DNA of 64,000 nucleotides from Eledone cirrhosa (lineage: Eukaryota): contig OZ024740.1 in NCBI GenBank assembly GCA_964016885.1, forward strand, positions 18,662,001 to 18,726,000, in the 5' to 3' direction. The position numbers and the translations under genes are program-made. Below the pieces are notes generated by a model. It was not told the origin of the DNA and did not search any database. It saw nothing but the letters and a program-made list of their open reading frames with translations. Position 1 is the first letter of the stretch; each line of letters opens with the position of its first letter. Below, piece by piece: positions 30,001-45,000 of the stretch.

Positions 30001-33000
30001 CCCAGTTGACCTATACTAAAGGGCTTCACCGATAGTGTTATGTGTGTTATAATGTCCCAGTTGACCTATACTAAAGGGCTTCACTGATAGTGTTATATGT
30101 TATAATGTCCTAGTTGACCTATACTAAAGGGCTTCACTGATAGTGTTATGTGTGTTATAATGTCCCAGTTGACCTATACTAAAAGACTTCACTGATAGGG
30201 TTATGTGTGTTATAATGTCCCAGTTGACCTATACTAAAGAACTTCACTGATAGGGTTATGTGTGTTATAATGTCCCAGTTGACCTATACTTAAGGGCTTC
30301 ACTGATAGTGTTATGTGTGTTGTAATGACCCAGTTGACCTATACTAAAGGGCTTCACCGATAGTGTTATGTGTGTTATAATGTCCAAGTTGACCTATACT
30401 AAAGGACTACACTGAAAGTGTTATGTGTGTTATAATGTCCCAGTTGACCTATACTAAAGGACTTCACTGATAGGGTTATGTGTGTTATAATTTCCCAGTT
30501 GACCTATACTAACGGGCTTCACTGATAGTGTTATGTGTGTTATAATGACCCAGTTGACATATACTAATGGATTTAACTGATAGTGTCATGTGTGTTATAA
30601 TGTTTCAGTTGACCTATACTAAAGGACTTCACTGATAGGGTCATGTGTTATAATGTCCCAGTTGACCTATACTAAAGGGCTTAACTGATAGGGTTATGTG
30701 TTATAATGTCCCAGTTGACCTATACTAAAGGGCTTCACTGATAGGGTTATGTGTGTTATAATGTCCCAGCTGACCTATACTAAAGGGCTTCACTGATAGT
30801 GTTATGTGTGTTATAATGTCCCAGTTGACCTATACTAAAGGACTTCACTGATAGGGTTATGTGTGTTATAATGTCCCAGTTGACCTATACTAAAGGGCTT
30901 CACTGATAGTGTTATGTGTGTTATAATGTCCCAGTTGACCTATACTAAAGGACTTCACTGATAGTGTTATGTGTGTTATAATGTCCCAGTTGAACTATAC
31001 TAAAAGACTTCACTGATAGGGTTATGTGTGTTATAATGTCCCAGTTGACCTATACTAAAGGGCTTCACTGATAGTGTTATGTGTATTATAATTTCCCAGT
31101 TGACCTATACTAACGGGCTTCACTGATAGTGTTATGTGTGTTATAATGTCCCAGTTGACCTATACTAATGGATTTAACTGATAGTGTCATGTGTGTTATA
31201 ATGTTTCAGTTGACCTATACTAAAGGACTTCACTGATAGGGTTATGTGTTATAATGTCCCAGTTGACCTATACTAAAGGGCTTAACTGATAGGGTTATGT
31301 GTTATAATGTCCCAGTTGACCTATACTAAAGGGCTTCACTGATAGTGTTATGTGTGTTATAATGTCCCAGTTGACCTATACTAAAGGGCTTCACTGATAG
31401 GGTTATGTGTGTTATAATGTCCCAGTTGACCTATACTAAAGGCCTTCACTGATAGTGTTATAGTGTTATAATGTCCCAGTTGACCTATACTAATGGATTT
31501 CACTGATAGTGTCATGTGTGTTATAATGTCCCAGTTGACCTATACTAAAGGGCTTCACTGATAGGGTTATGTGTTATAATGTCCCAGTTGACTTATACTA
31601 AAGGACTTCACTGATAGTGTTATGTGTTATAATGTCCCAGTTGACCTATACTAAAGGGCTTCACTGATAGTGTTATGTGTGTTATAATGTCCCAGTTGAC
31701 CTATACTAAAGGACTTCACTGATAGTGTTATGTGTGTTATAATGTCCCAGTTGAACTATACTAAAAGACTTCACTGATAGGGTTATGTGTGTTATAATGT
31801 CCCAGTTGACCTATACTAAAGGGCTTCACTGATAGGGTTATGTGTGTTATAATGTCCCAGTTCACCTATACTAAAGGGCTTCACTGATAGTGTTATGTGT
31901 TATAATGTCCCAGTTGACCTATACTAAAGGGCTTCACTGATAGTGTTATGTGTGTTATAATGTCCCAGTTGACCTATACTAAAAGACTTCACTGATAGGG
32001 TTATGTGTGTTATAACGTCCCAGTTGACCTATACTAAAGGGCTTCACTGATAGTGTTATGTGTGTTATAATGTCCCAGTTGACCTATACTAAAAGACTTC
32101 ACTGATAGGGTTATGTGTGTTATAATGTCCCAGTTGACCTATACTTAAGGGCTTCACTGATAGTGTTATGTGTGTTGTAATGACCCAGTTGACCTATACT
32201 AAAGGGCTTCACCGATAGTGTTATGTGTGTTATAATGTCGCAGTTGACCTATACTAAAGTGCTTCACTGATAGTGTTATATGTTATAATGTCCTAGTTGA
32301 CCTATACTAAAGGGCTTCACTGATAGTGTTATGTGTGTTATAATGTCCCAGTTGACCTATACTAAAAGACTTCACTGATAGGGTTATGTGTGTTATAATG
32401 TCCCAGTTGACCTATACTAAAGGACTTCACTGATAGGGTTATGTGTGTTATAATTTCCCAGTTGACCTATACTAAAGGACTTCACTGATAGGGTTATGTG
32501 TGTTATAATGTCCCAGTTGACCTATACTGAAGGGCTTCACTGATAGTGTTATGTGTGTTGTAATGACCCAGTTGACCTATACTAAAGGGCTTCACCGATA
32601 GTGTTATGTGTGTTATAATGTCCAAGTTGACCTATACTAAAGGACTACACTGAAAGTGTTATGTGTGTTATAATGTCCCAGTTGACCTATACTAATGGAT
32701 TTAACTGATAGTGTCATGTGTGTTATAATGTTTCAGTTGACCTATACTAAAGGACTTCACTGATAGGGTCATGTGTTATAATGTCCCAGTTGACCTATAC
32801 TAAAGGGCTTAACTGATAGGGTTATGTGTTATAATGTCCCAGTTGACCTATACTAAAGGGCTTCACTGATAGTGTTATGTGTGTTATAATGTCCCAGTTG
32901 ACCTATACTAAAAGACTTCACTGATAGGGTTATGTGTGTTACAATGTCCCAGTTGACCTATACTAAAGGACTTCACTGATAGGGTTATGTGTGTTATAAT

Positions 33001-36000
33001 TTCCCAGTTGACCTATACTAAAGGACTACACTTATAGGGTTATGTGTGTTATAATGTCCCAGTTGACCTATACTAAAGGGCTTCACTGATAGTGTTATGT
33101 GTGTTATAATGTCCCAGTTGACCTATACTAAAGGACTTCACTGATAGTGTTATGTGTGTTATAATGTCCCAGTTGAACTATACTAAAAGACTTCACTGAT
33201 AGGGTTATGTGTGTTATAATGTCCCAGTTGACCTATACTAAAGGGCTTCACTGATAGTGTTATGTGTGTTATAATTTCCCAGTTGACCTATACTAACAGG
33301 CTTCACTGATAGTGTTATGTGTGTTATAATGTCCCAGTTGACCTATACTAATGGATTTAACTGATAGTGTCATGTGTGTTATAATGTTTCAGTTGACCTA
33401 TACTAAAGGACTTCACTGATAGGGTTATGTGTTATAATGTCCCAGTTGACCTATACTAAAGGGCTTAACTGATAGGGTTATGTGTTATAATGTCCCAGTT
33501 GACCTATACTAAAGGGCTTCACTGATAGTGTTATGTGTGTTATAATGTCCCAGTTGACCTATACTAAAGTGCTTCACTGATAGGGTTATGTGTGTTATAA
33601 TGTCCCAGTTGACCTCTACTAAAGGACTTCACTGATAGTGTTATAGTGTTATAATGTCCCAGTTGACCTATACTAATGGATTTCACTGATAGTGTCATGT
33701 GTGTTATAATGTCCCAGTTGACCTATACTAAAGGGCTTCACTGATAGGGTTATGTGTTATAATGTCCCAGTTGACTTATACTAAAGGACTTCACTGATAG
33801 TGTTATGTGTTATAATGTCCCAGTTGACCTATACTAAAGGGCTTCACTGATAGTGTTATGTGTGTTATAATGTCCCAGTTGACCTATACTAAAGGACTTC
33901 ACTGATAGTGTTATGTGTGTTATAATGTCCCAGTTGAACTATACTAAAAGACTTCACTGATAGGGTTATGTGTGTTATAATGTCCCAGTTGACCTATACT
34001 AAAGGGCTTCACTGATAGGGTTATGTGTGTTATAATGTCCCAGTTCACCTATACTAAAGGGCTTCACTGATAGTGTTATGTGTTATAATGTCCCAGTTGA
34101 CCTATACTAAAGGGCTTCACTGATAGTGTTATGTGTGTTATAATGTCCCAGTTGACCTATACTAAAAGACTTCACTGATAGGGTTATGTGTGTTATAACG
34201 TCCCAGTTGACCTATACTAAAGGGCTTCACTGATAGTGTTATGTGTGTTATAATGTCCCAGTTGACCTATACTAAAAGACTTCACTGATAGGGTTATGTG
34301 TGTTATAACGTCCCAGTTGACCTATACTAAAGGGCTTCACTGATAGTGTTATGTGTTATAATGTCCCAGTTGACCTATACTAAAGGACTTCACTGATAGG
34401 GTTATGTGTGTTATAATGTCCCAGTTGACCTATACTTAAGGGATTCACTGATAGTGTTATGTGTGTTGTAATGTCCCAGTTGACCTATACTAAAGGGCTT
34501 CACCGATAGTGTTATGTGTGTTATAATGTCCCAGTTGACCTATACTAAAGGGCTTCACTGATAGTGTTATATGTTATAATGTCCTAGTTGACCTATACTA
34601 AAGGGCTTCACTGATAGTGTTATGTGTGTTATAATGTCCCAGTTGACCTATACTAAAGGACTTCACTGATAATGTTATGTGTGTTATAATTTCCCAGTTG
34701 ACCTATACTAACGGGCTTCACTGATAGGGTTATGTGTGTTATAATGTCCCAGTTGACCTATACTAAAGGATTTCACTGATAGTGTTATAGTGTTATAATG
34801 TCCCAGTTGACCTATACTAAAGGACTTCACTGATAGGGTTATGTGTGTTATAATTTCCCAGTTGACCTATACTAAAGGACTTCACTGATAGGGTTATGTG
34901 TGTTATAATTTCCCAGTTGACCTATACTAAAGGACTTCACTGATAGGGTTATGTGTGTTATAATGTCCCAGTTGACCTATACTAAAGGACTTCACTGATA
35001 GGGTTATGTGTGTTATAATTTCCCAGTTGACCTATACTAAAGGACTTCACTGATAGGGTTATGTGTGTTATAATGTCCCAGTTGACCTATACTTAAGGGC
35101 TTCACTGATAGTGTTATGTGTGTTGTAATGACCCAGTTGACCTATACTAAAGGGCTTCACCGATAGTGTTATGTGTGTTATAATGTCCAAGTTGACCTAT
35201 ACTAAAGGACTACACTGAAAGTGTTATGTGTGTTATAATGTCCCAGTTGACCTATACTAAAGGACTTCACTGATAGGGTTATGTGTGTTATAATGTCCCA
35301 GTTGACCTATACTAAAGGACTTCACTTATAGGGTTATGTGTGTTATAATGTCCCAGTTGACCTATACTAAAGGGCTTCCCTGTTAGTGTTATGTGTGTTA
35401 TAACGTCCCAGTTGACCTATACTAAAGGGCTTCACTGATAGTGTTATGTGTGTTATAATGTCCCAGTTGACCTATACTAAAGGACTTCACTGATAGTGTT
35501 ATGTGTGTTATAATGTCCCAGTTGAACTATACTAAAAGACTTCACTCATAGGGTTATGTGTGTTATAATGTCCCAGTTAACCTATACTAAAGGGCTTCGC
35601 TGATAGTGTTATGTGTGTTATAATTTCCCAGTTGACCTATACTAACGGGCTTCACTGATAGTGTTATGTGTGTTATAATGTCCCAGTTGACCTATACTAA
35701 TGGATTTAACTGATAGTGTCATGTGTGTTATAATGTTTCAGTTGACCTATACTAAAGGACTTCGCTGATAGGGTTATGTGTTATAATGTCCCAGTTGACC
35801 TATACTAAAGGGCTTAACTGATAGTGTTATGTGTGTTATAATGTCCCAGTTGACCTATACTAAAAGACTTCACTGATAGGGTTATGTGTGTTATAATGTC
35901 CCAGTTGACCTATACTAAAGGACTTCACTGATAGGGTTATGTGTGTTATAATTTCCCAGTTGACCTATACTAAAGCACTTCACTTATAGGGTTATGTGTG

Positions 36001-39000
36001 TTATAATGTCCCAGTTGACCTATACTAAAGGGCTTCACTGATAGTGTTATGTGTGTTATAATGTCCCAGTTGACCTATACTAAAGGACTTCACTGATAGT
36101 GTTATGTGTGTTATAATGTCCCAGTTGAACTATACTAAAAGACTTCACTGATAGGGGTATGTGTGTTATAATGTCCCAGTTGACCTATACTAAAGGGCTT
36201 CACTGATAGTGTTATGTGTGTTATAATTTTCCAGTTGACCTATACTAACGGGCTTCACTGAGAGTGTTATGTGTGTTATAATGTCCCAGTTGACCTATAC
36301 TAATGGATTTAACTGATAGTGTCATGTGTGTTATAATGTTTCAGTTGACCTATACTAAAGGACTTCACTGATAGGGTTATGTGTTATAATGTCCCAGTTG
36401 ACCTATACTAAAGGGCTTAACTGATCGGGTTATGTGTTATAATGTCCCAGTTGACCTATACTAAAGGGCTTCACTGATAGTGTTATGTGTGTTATAATGT
36501 CCCAGTTGACCTATACTAAAGGGCTTCACTGATAGGGTTATGTGTGTTATAATGTCCCAGTTGACCTATACTAAAGGACTTCACTGATAGTGTTATGTGT
36601 GTTATAATGTCCCAGTTGAACTATACTAAAAGACTTCACTGATAGGGTTATGTGTGTTATAATGTCCCAGTTGACCTATACTAAAGGGCTTCACTGATAG
36701 GGTTATGTGTGTTATAATGTCCCAGTTCACCTATACTAAAGGGCTTCACTGATAGTGTTATGTGTTATAATGTCCCAGTTGACCTATACTAAAGGGCTTC
36801 ACTGATAGTGTTATGTGTGTTATAATGTCCCAGTTGACCTATACTAAAAGACTTCACTGATAGGGTTATGTGTGTTATAACGTCCCAGTTGACCTATACT
36901 AAAGGGCTTCACTGATAGTGTTATGTGTGTTATAATGTCCCAGTTGACCTATACTAAAGGACTTCACTGATAGTGTTATGTGTGTTATAATGTCCCAGTT
37001 GAACTATACTAAAAGACTTCACTGATAGGGTTATGTGTGTTATAATGTCCCAGTTGACCTATACTAAAGGGCTTCGCTGATAGTGTTATGTGTGTTATAA
37101 TTTCCCAGTTGACCTATACTAACGGGCTTCACTGATAGTGTTATGTGTGTTATAACATCCCAGTTGACCTATACTAAAGGGCTTCACTGATAGGGTTATG
37201 TGTGTTATAATGTCCCAGTTCACCTATACTAATGGATTTAACTGATAGTGTCATGTGTGTTATAATGTTTCAGTTGACCTATACTAAAGGACTTCGCTGA
37301 TAGGGTTATGTGTTATAATGTCCCAGTTGACCTATACTAAAGGGCTTAACTGATAGTGTTATGTGTGTTATAATGTCCCAGTTGACCTATACTAAAAGAC
37401 TTCACTGATAGGGTTATGTGTGTTATAATGTCCCAGTTGACCTATACTAAAGGACTTCACTGATAGGGTTATGTGTGTTATAATTTCCCAGTTGACCTAT
37501 ACTAAAGCACTTCACTTATAGGGTTATGTGTGTTATAATGTCCCAGTTGACCTATACTAAAGGGCTTCACTGATAGTGTTATGTGTGTTATAATGTCCCA
37601 GTTGACCTATACTAAAGGACTTCACTGATAGTGTTATGTGTGTTATAATGTCCCAGTTGAACTATACTAAAAGACTTCACTGATAGGGGTATGTGTGTTA
37701 TAATGTCCCAGTTGACCTATACTAAAGGGCTTCACTGATAGTGTTATGTGTGTTATAATTTTCCAGTTGACCTATACTAACGGGCTTCACTGAGAGTGTT
37801 ATGTGTGTTATAATGTCCCAGTTGACCTATACTAATGGATTTAACTGATAGTGTCATGTGTGTTATAATGTTTCAGTTGACCTATACTAAAGGACTTCAC
37901 TGATAGGGTTATGTGTTATAATGTCCCAGTTGACCTATACTAAAGGGCTTAACTGATCGGGTTATGTGTTATAATGTCCCAGTTGACCTATACTAAAGGG
38001 CTTCACTGATAGTGTTATGTGTGTTATAATGTCCCAGTTGACCTATACTAAAGGGCTTCACTGATAGGGTTATGTGTGTTATAATGTCCCAGTTGACCTA
38101 TACTAAAGGACTTCACTGATAGTGTTATGTGTGTTATAATGTCCCAGTTGAACTATACTAAAAGACTTCACTGATAGGGTTATGTGTGTTATAATGTCCC
38201 AGTTGACCTATACTAAAGGGCTTCACTGATAGGGTTATGTGTGTTATAATGTCCCAGTTCACCTATACTAAAGGGCTTCACTGATAGTGTTATGTGTTAT
38301 AATGTCCCAGTTGACCTATACTAAAGGGCTTCACTGATAGTGTTATGTGTGTTATAATGTCCCAGTTGACCTATACTAAAAGACTTCACTGATAGGGTTA
38401 TGTGTGTTATAACGTCCCAGTTGACCTATACTAAAGGGCTTCACTGATAGTGTTATGTGTGTTATAATGTCCCAGTTGACCTATACTAAAGGACTTCACT
38501 GATAGTGTTATGTGTGTTATAATGTCCCAGTTGAACTATACTAAAAGACTTCACTGATAGGGTTATGTGTGTTATAATGTCCCAGTTGACCTATACTAAA
38601 GGGCTTCGCTGATAGTGTTATGTGTGTTATAATTTCCCAGTTGACCTATACTAACGGGCTTCACTGATAGTGTTATGTGTGTTATAACATCCCAGTTGAC
38701 CTATACTAAAGGGCTTCACTGATAGGGTTATGTGTGTTATAATGTCCCAGTTCACCTATACTTAAGGGATTCACTGATAGTGTTATGTGTGTTGTAATGA
38801 CCCATTTGACCTATACTAAAGGGCTTCACCGATAGTGTTATGTGTGTTATAATGTCCCAGTTGACCTATACTAAAGGGCTTCACTGATAGTGTTATATGT
38901 TATAATGTCCTAGTTGACCTATACTAAAGGGCTTCACTGATAGTGTTATGTGTGTTATAATGTCCCAGTTGACCTATACTAAAAGACTTCACTGATAGGG

Positions 39001-42000
39001 TTATGTGTGTTATAATGTCCCAGTTGACCTATACTAAAGGACTTCACTGATAATGTTATGTGTGTTATAATTTCCCAGTTGACCTATACTAACGGGCTTC
39101 ACTGATAGGGTTATGTGTGTTATAATGTCCCAGTTGACCTATACTAAAGGATTTCACTGATAGTGTTATAGTGTTATAATGTCCCAGTTGACCTATACTA
39201 AAGGACTTCACTGATAGGGTTATGTGTGTTATAATTTCCCAGTTGACCTATACTAAAGGACTTCACTGATAGGGTTATGTGTGTTATAATGTCCCAGTTG
39301 ACCTATACTAAAGGACTTCACTGATAGGGTTATGTGTGTTATAATTTCCCAGTTGACCTATACTAAAGGACTTCACTGATAGGGTTATGTGTGTTATAAT
39401 GTCCCAGTTGACCTATACATAAGGGCTTCACTGATAGTGTTATGTGTGTTGTAATGACCCAGTTGACCTATACTAAAGGACTTCACCGATAGTGTTATGT
39501 GTGTTATAATGTCCAAGTTGACCTATACTAAAGTACTACACTGAAAGTGTTATGTGTGTTATAATGTCCCAGTTGACCTATACTAAAGGACTTCACTGAT
39601 AGGGTTATGTGTGTTATAATGTCCCAGTTGACCTATACTAAAGGACTTCACTGATAGGGTTATGTGTGTTATAATGTCCCAGTTGACCTATACTAAAGGG
39701 CTTCACTGTTAGTGTTATGTGTGTTATAACGTCCCAGTTGACCTATACTAAAGGGCTTTACTGATAGTGTTATGTGTGTTATAATGTCCCAGTTGACCTA
39801 TACTAAAGGACTTCACTGATAGTGTTATGTGTGTTATAATGTCCCAGTTGAACTATACTAAAAGACTTCACTGATAGGGTTATGTGTGTTATAATGTCCC
39901 AGTTGACCTATACTAAAGGGCTTCACTGATAGTGTTATGTGTGTTATAATTTCCCAGTTGACCTATACTAACGGGCTTCACTGATAGTGTTATGTGTGTT
40001 ATAATGTCCCAGTTGACCTATACTAATGGATTTAACTGATAGTGTCATGTGTGTTATAATGTTTCAGTTGACCTATACTAAAGGACTTCACTGATAGGGT
40101 TATGTGTTATAATGTCCCAATTGACCTATACTAAAGGGCTTAACTGATAGGGTTATGTGTTATAATGTCCCAGTTGACCTATACTAAAGGGCTTCACTGA
40201 TAGTGTTATGTGTGTTATAATGTCCCAGTTGACCTATACTAAAGGGCTTCACTGATAGGGTTATGTGTGTTATAATGTCCCAGTTGACCTATACTAAAGG
40301 ACTTCACTGATAGTGTTATAGTGTTATAATGTCCCAGTTGACCTATACTAATGGATTTCACTGATAGTGTCATGTGTGTTATAATGTCCCAGTTGACCTA
40401 TACTAAAGGGCTTCACTGATAGTGTTATGTGTGTTATAATGTCCCAGTTGACTTATACTAAAGGACTTCACTGATAGTGTTATGTGTTATAATGTCCCAG
40501 TTGACCTATACTAAAGGGCTTCACTGATAGTGTTATGTGTGTTATAATGTCCCAGTTGACCTATACTAAAGGACTTCACTGATAGGGCTATGTGTGTTAT
40601 AATGTCCCAGTTGACCTATACTAAAGGGCTTCACTGATAGTGTTATGTGTGTTATAATGTACCAGTTGACCTATACTAAAGGCTCCACTGATAGTGTTAT
40701 GTGTGTTATAATTTCCCAGTTGACCTATACTAAAAGGCTCCACTGATAGGCTTATGTGTGTTATAATGTCCCAGTTGACCTATACTAAAAGGCTCCACTG
40801 ATAGGGTTATGTGTGTTATAATGTCCCAGTTGACTTATACTAAAGGACTTCACTGATAGGGTTATGTGTGTTATAATGTCCCAGTTGACCTATACTAAAA
40901 GGCTCCACTGATAGGGTTATGTGTGTTATAATGTCCCAGTTGACTTATACTAAAGGACTTCACTGATAGGGTTATGTGTGTTATAATGTCCCAGTTGACC
41001 TATACTAAAAGGCTCCACTGATAGGGTTATGTGTGTTATAATGTCCCAGTTGACCTATACTAAAGGACTTCACTGATAGGGTTATGTGTGTTATAATTTC
41101 CCAGTTGACCTATACTAAAGGACTTCACTAATAGGGTTATGTGTGTTATAATGTCCCAGTTGACCTATACTAAAGGACTTCACTGATAGGGTTATGTGTG
41201 TTATAATTTCCCAGTTGACCTATACTAAAGGACTTCACTGATAGGGTTATGTGTGTTATAATGTCCCAGTTGACCTATACTTAAGGGCTTCACTGATAGT
41301 GTTATGAGTGTTATAATGTCCCAGTTGACCTATACTAAAGGACTTCACTGATAGGGTTATGTGTTTTATAATGTCCCAGTTGACCTATACTAAAGGACTT
41401 CACTGATAGTGTTACGTCTGTTATAATGTCCCAGTTGAACTATACTAAAGGGCTCCATTGATAGTGTTATGTGTGTTATAATGTCCCAGTTGACCTATAC
41501 TAAAGGACTTCACTGATAGGGTTATGTGTGTTATAATGTCCCAGTTGACCTATACTTAAGGGCTTCACTGATAGTGTTATGTGTGTTATAATGTCCCAGT
41601 TGACCTATACTAAAGGACTTCACTGATAGGGTTATGTCTGTTATAATGTCCCAGTTGACCTATACTAAAGGGCTTCACTGATAGTGTTATGTGTGTTATA
41701 ATGTCCCAGTTGACCTATACTAAAGGACTTCACTGATAGGGTTATGTGTGTTATACGTCCCAGTTGACCTATACTAAAGGACTTCACTGATAGGGTTATG
41801 TGTGTTATAATGTCCCAGTTGACCTATACTAAAGGACTTCACTGATAGGGTTATGTGTGTTATAATGTCCCAGTTGACCTATACTAAAGGACTTCACTGA
41901 TAGGGTTATGTGTGTTATAATGTCCCAGTTGACCTATACTAAAGGACTTCACTGATAGGGTTATGTGTGTTATAATGTCCCAGTTGACCTATACTAAAGG

Positions 42001-45000
42001 ACTTCACTGATAGGGTTATGTGTTATAATGTCTCAGTTGACCTATACTAAAGGACTTCACTGATCGGGTTATGTGTTATAATGTCCCAGTTGACCTATAC
42101 TAAAGGACTTCACTGATAGTGTTATGTGTGTTATAATGTCCCAGTTGACCTATACTTAAGGGCTTCACTCATAGTGTTATGTGTGTTATAATGTCCCAGT
42201 TGACCTATACTAAAGGACTTCACTGATAGGGTTATGTGTGTTATAATGTCCCAGTTGACCTATACTAAAGGACTTCACTGATAGGGTTGTGTGTGTTATA
42301 ATGTCCCAGTTGACCTATACTAAAGGGCTCCATTGATAGTGTTATGTGTGTTATAATGTCCCAGTTGACCTATACTAAAGGACTTCACTGATAGGGTTAT
42401 GTGTGTTATAATGTCCCAGTTGACCTATACTTAAGGGCTTCACTGATAGTGTTATGTGTGTTATAATGTCCCAGTTGACCTATACTAAAGGAATTCACTG
42501 ATAGGGTTATGTGTGTTATAATGTCCCAGTTGACCTATACTTAAGGGCTTCACTGATAGGGTTATGTGTGTTATAATGTCCCAGTTGACCTATACTTGAG
42601 GGCTTCACTGATAGTGTTATGTGTGTTATAATGTCCCAGTTGACCTATACTAAAGGACTTCACTGATAGGGTTATGTGTGTTATAATGTCCCAGTTGACC
42701 TATACTAAAGGACTTCACTGATAGTGTTATGTGTGTTATAATGTCCCAGTTGACCTATACTAAAGGACTTCACTGATAGGGTTATGTGTGTTATAATGTC
42801 CCAGTTGACCTATACTAAAGGACTTCACTGATAGGGTTATGTGTGTTATAATGTCCCAGTTGACCTATACTAAAGGGCTCCATTGATAGTGTTATGTGTG
42901 TTATAATGTCCCAGTTGACCTATACTAAAGGGCTCCATTGATAGTGTTATGTGTGTTATAATGTCCCAGTTGACCTATACTTAAGGGCTTCACTGATAGG
43001 GTTATGTGTGTTATAATGTCCCAGTTGACCTATACTTAAGGGCTTCACTGATAGTGTTATGTGTGTTATAATGTCCCAGTTGACCTATACTAAAGGACTT
43101 CACTGATAGGGTTATGTGTGTTATAATGTCCCAGTTGACCTATAATAAAGGACTTCACTGATAGGGTTATGTGTGTTATAATGTCCCAGTTGACCTATAC
43201 TAAAGGACTTCACTGATAGGGTTATGTGTGTTATAATGTCCCAGTTGACCTATACTAAAGGGCTCCATTGATAGTGTTATGTGTGTTATAATGTCCCAGT
43301 TGACCTATACTAAAGGACTTCACTGATAGGGTTATGTGTGTTATAATGTCCCAGTTGACCTATTCTTAAGGGCTTCACTGATAGTGTTATGTGTGTTATA
43401 ATGTCCCAGTTGACCTATACTAAAGGACTTCACTGATAGGGTTATGTGTGTTATAATGTCCCAGTTGACCTATACTAAAGGACTTCACTGATAGGGTTAT
43501 GTGTGTTATAATGTCCCAGTTGACCTATACTAAAGGGCTCCATTGATAGTGTTATGTGTGTTATAACGTCCCAGTTGACCTATACTAAAGGGCTCCATTG
43601 ATAGTGTTATGTGTGTTATAATGTCCCAGTTGACCTATACTTAAGGGCTTCACTGATAGGGTTATGTGTGTTATAATGTCCCAGTTGACCTATACTTAAG
43701 GGCTTCACTGATAGTGTTATGTGTGTTATAATGTCCCAGTTGACCTATACTAAAGGACTTCACTGATAGGGTTATGTGTGTTATAATGTCCCAGTTGACC
43801 TATACTAAAGGACTTCACTGATAGGGTTATGTGTGTTATAATGTCCCAGTTGACCTATACTAAAGGACTTCACTGATAGGGTTATGTGTGTTATAATGTC
43901 CCAGTTGACCTATACTAAAGGGCTCCATTGATAGGGTTATGTGTGTTATAATGTCCCAGTTGACCTATACTTAAGGGCTTCACTGATAGGGTTATGTGTG
44001 TTATAATGTCCCAGTTGACCTATACTTAAGGGCTTCACTGATAGTGTTATGTGTGTTATAATGTCCCAGTTGACCTATACTAAAGGACTTCACTGATAGG
44101 GTTATGTGTGTTATAATGTCCCAGTTGACCTATACTAAAGGACTTCACTGATAGGGTTATGTGTGTTATAATGTCCCAGTTGACCTATACTAAAGGGCTC
44201 CATTGATAGTGTTATGTGTGTTATAATGTCCCAGTTGACCTATACTAAAGGGCTCCATTGATAGTGTTATGTGTGTTATAATGTCCCAGTTGACCTATAC
44301 TTAAGGGCTTCACTGATAGGGTTATGTGTGTTATAATGTCCCAGTTGACCTATACTTAAGGGCTTCACTGATAGTGTTATGTGTGTTATAATGTCCCAGT
44401 TGACCTATACTAAAGGACTTCACTGATAGGGTTATGTGTGCTATAATGTCCCAGTTGACCTATACTAAAGGACTTCACTGATAGGGTTATGTGTGTTATA
44501 ATGTCCCAGTTGACCTATACTAAAGGACTTCACTGATAGGGTTATGTGTGTTATAATGTCCCAGTTGACCTATACTAAAGGGCTCCATTGATAGTGTTAT
44601 GTGTGTTATAATGTCCCAGTTGACCTATACTAAAGGACTTCACTGATAGGGTTATGTGTGTTATAATGTCCCAGTTGACCTATACTTAAGGGCTTCACTG
44701 ATAGTGTTATGTGTGTTATAATGTCCCAGTTGACCTATACTAAAGGACTTCACTGATAGGGTTATGTGTGTTATAATGTCCCAGTTGACCTATACTAAAG
44801 GACTTCACTGATAGGGTTATGTGTGTTATAATGTCCCAGTTGACCTATACTAAAGGGCTCCATTGATAGTGTTATGTGTGTTATAATGTCCCAGTTGACC
44901 TATACTAAAGGGCTCCATTGATAGTGTTATGTGTGTTATAATGTCCCAGTTGACCTATACTTAAGGGCTTCACTGATAGGGTTATGTGTGTTATAATGTC

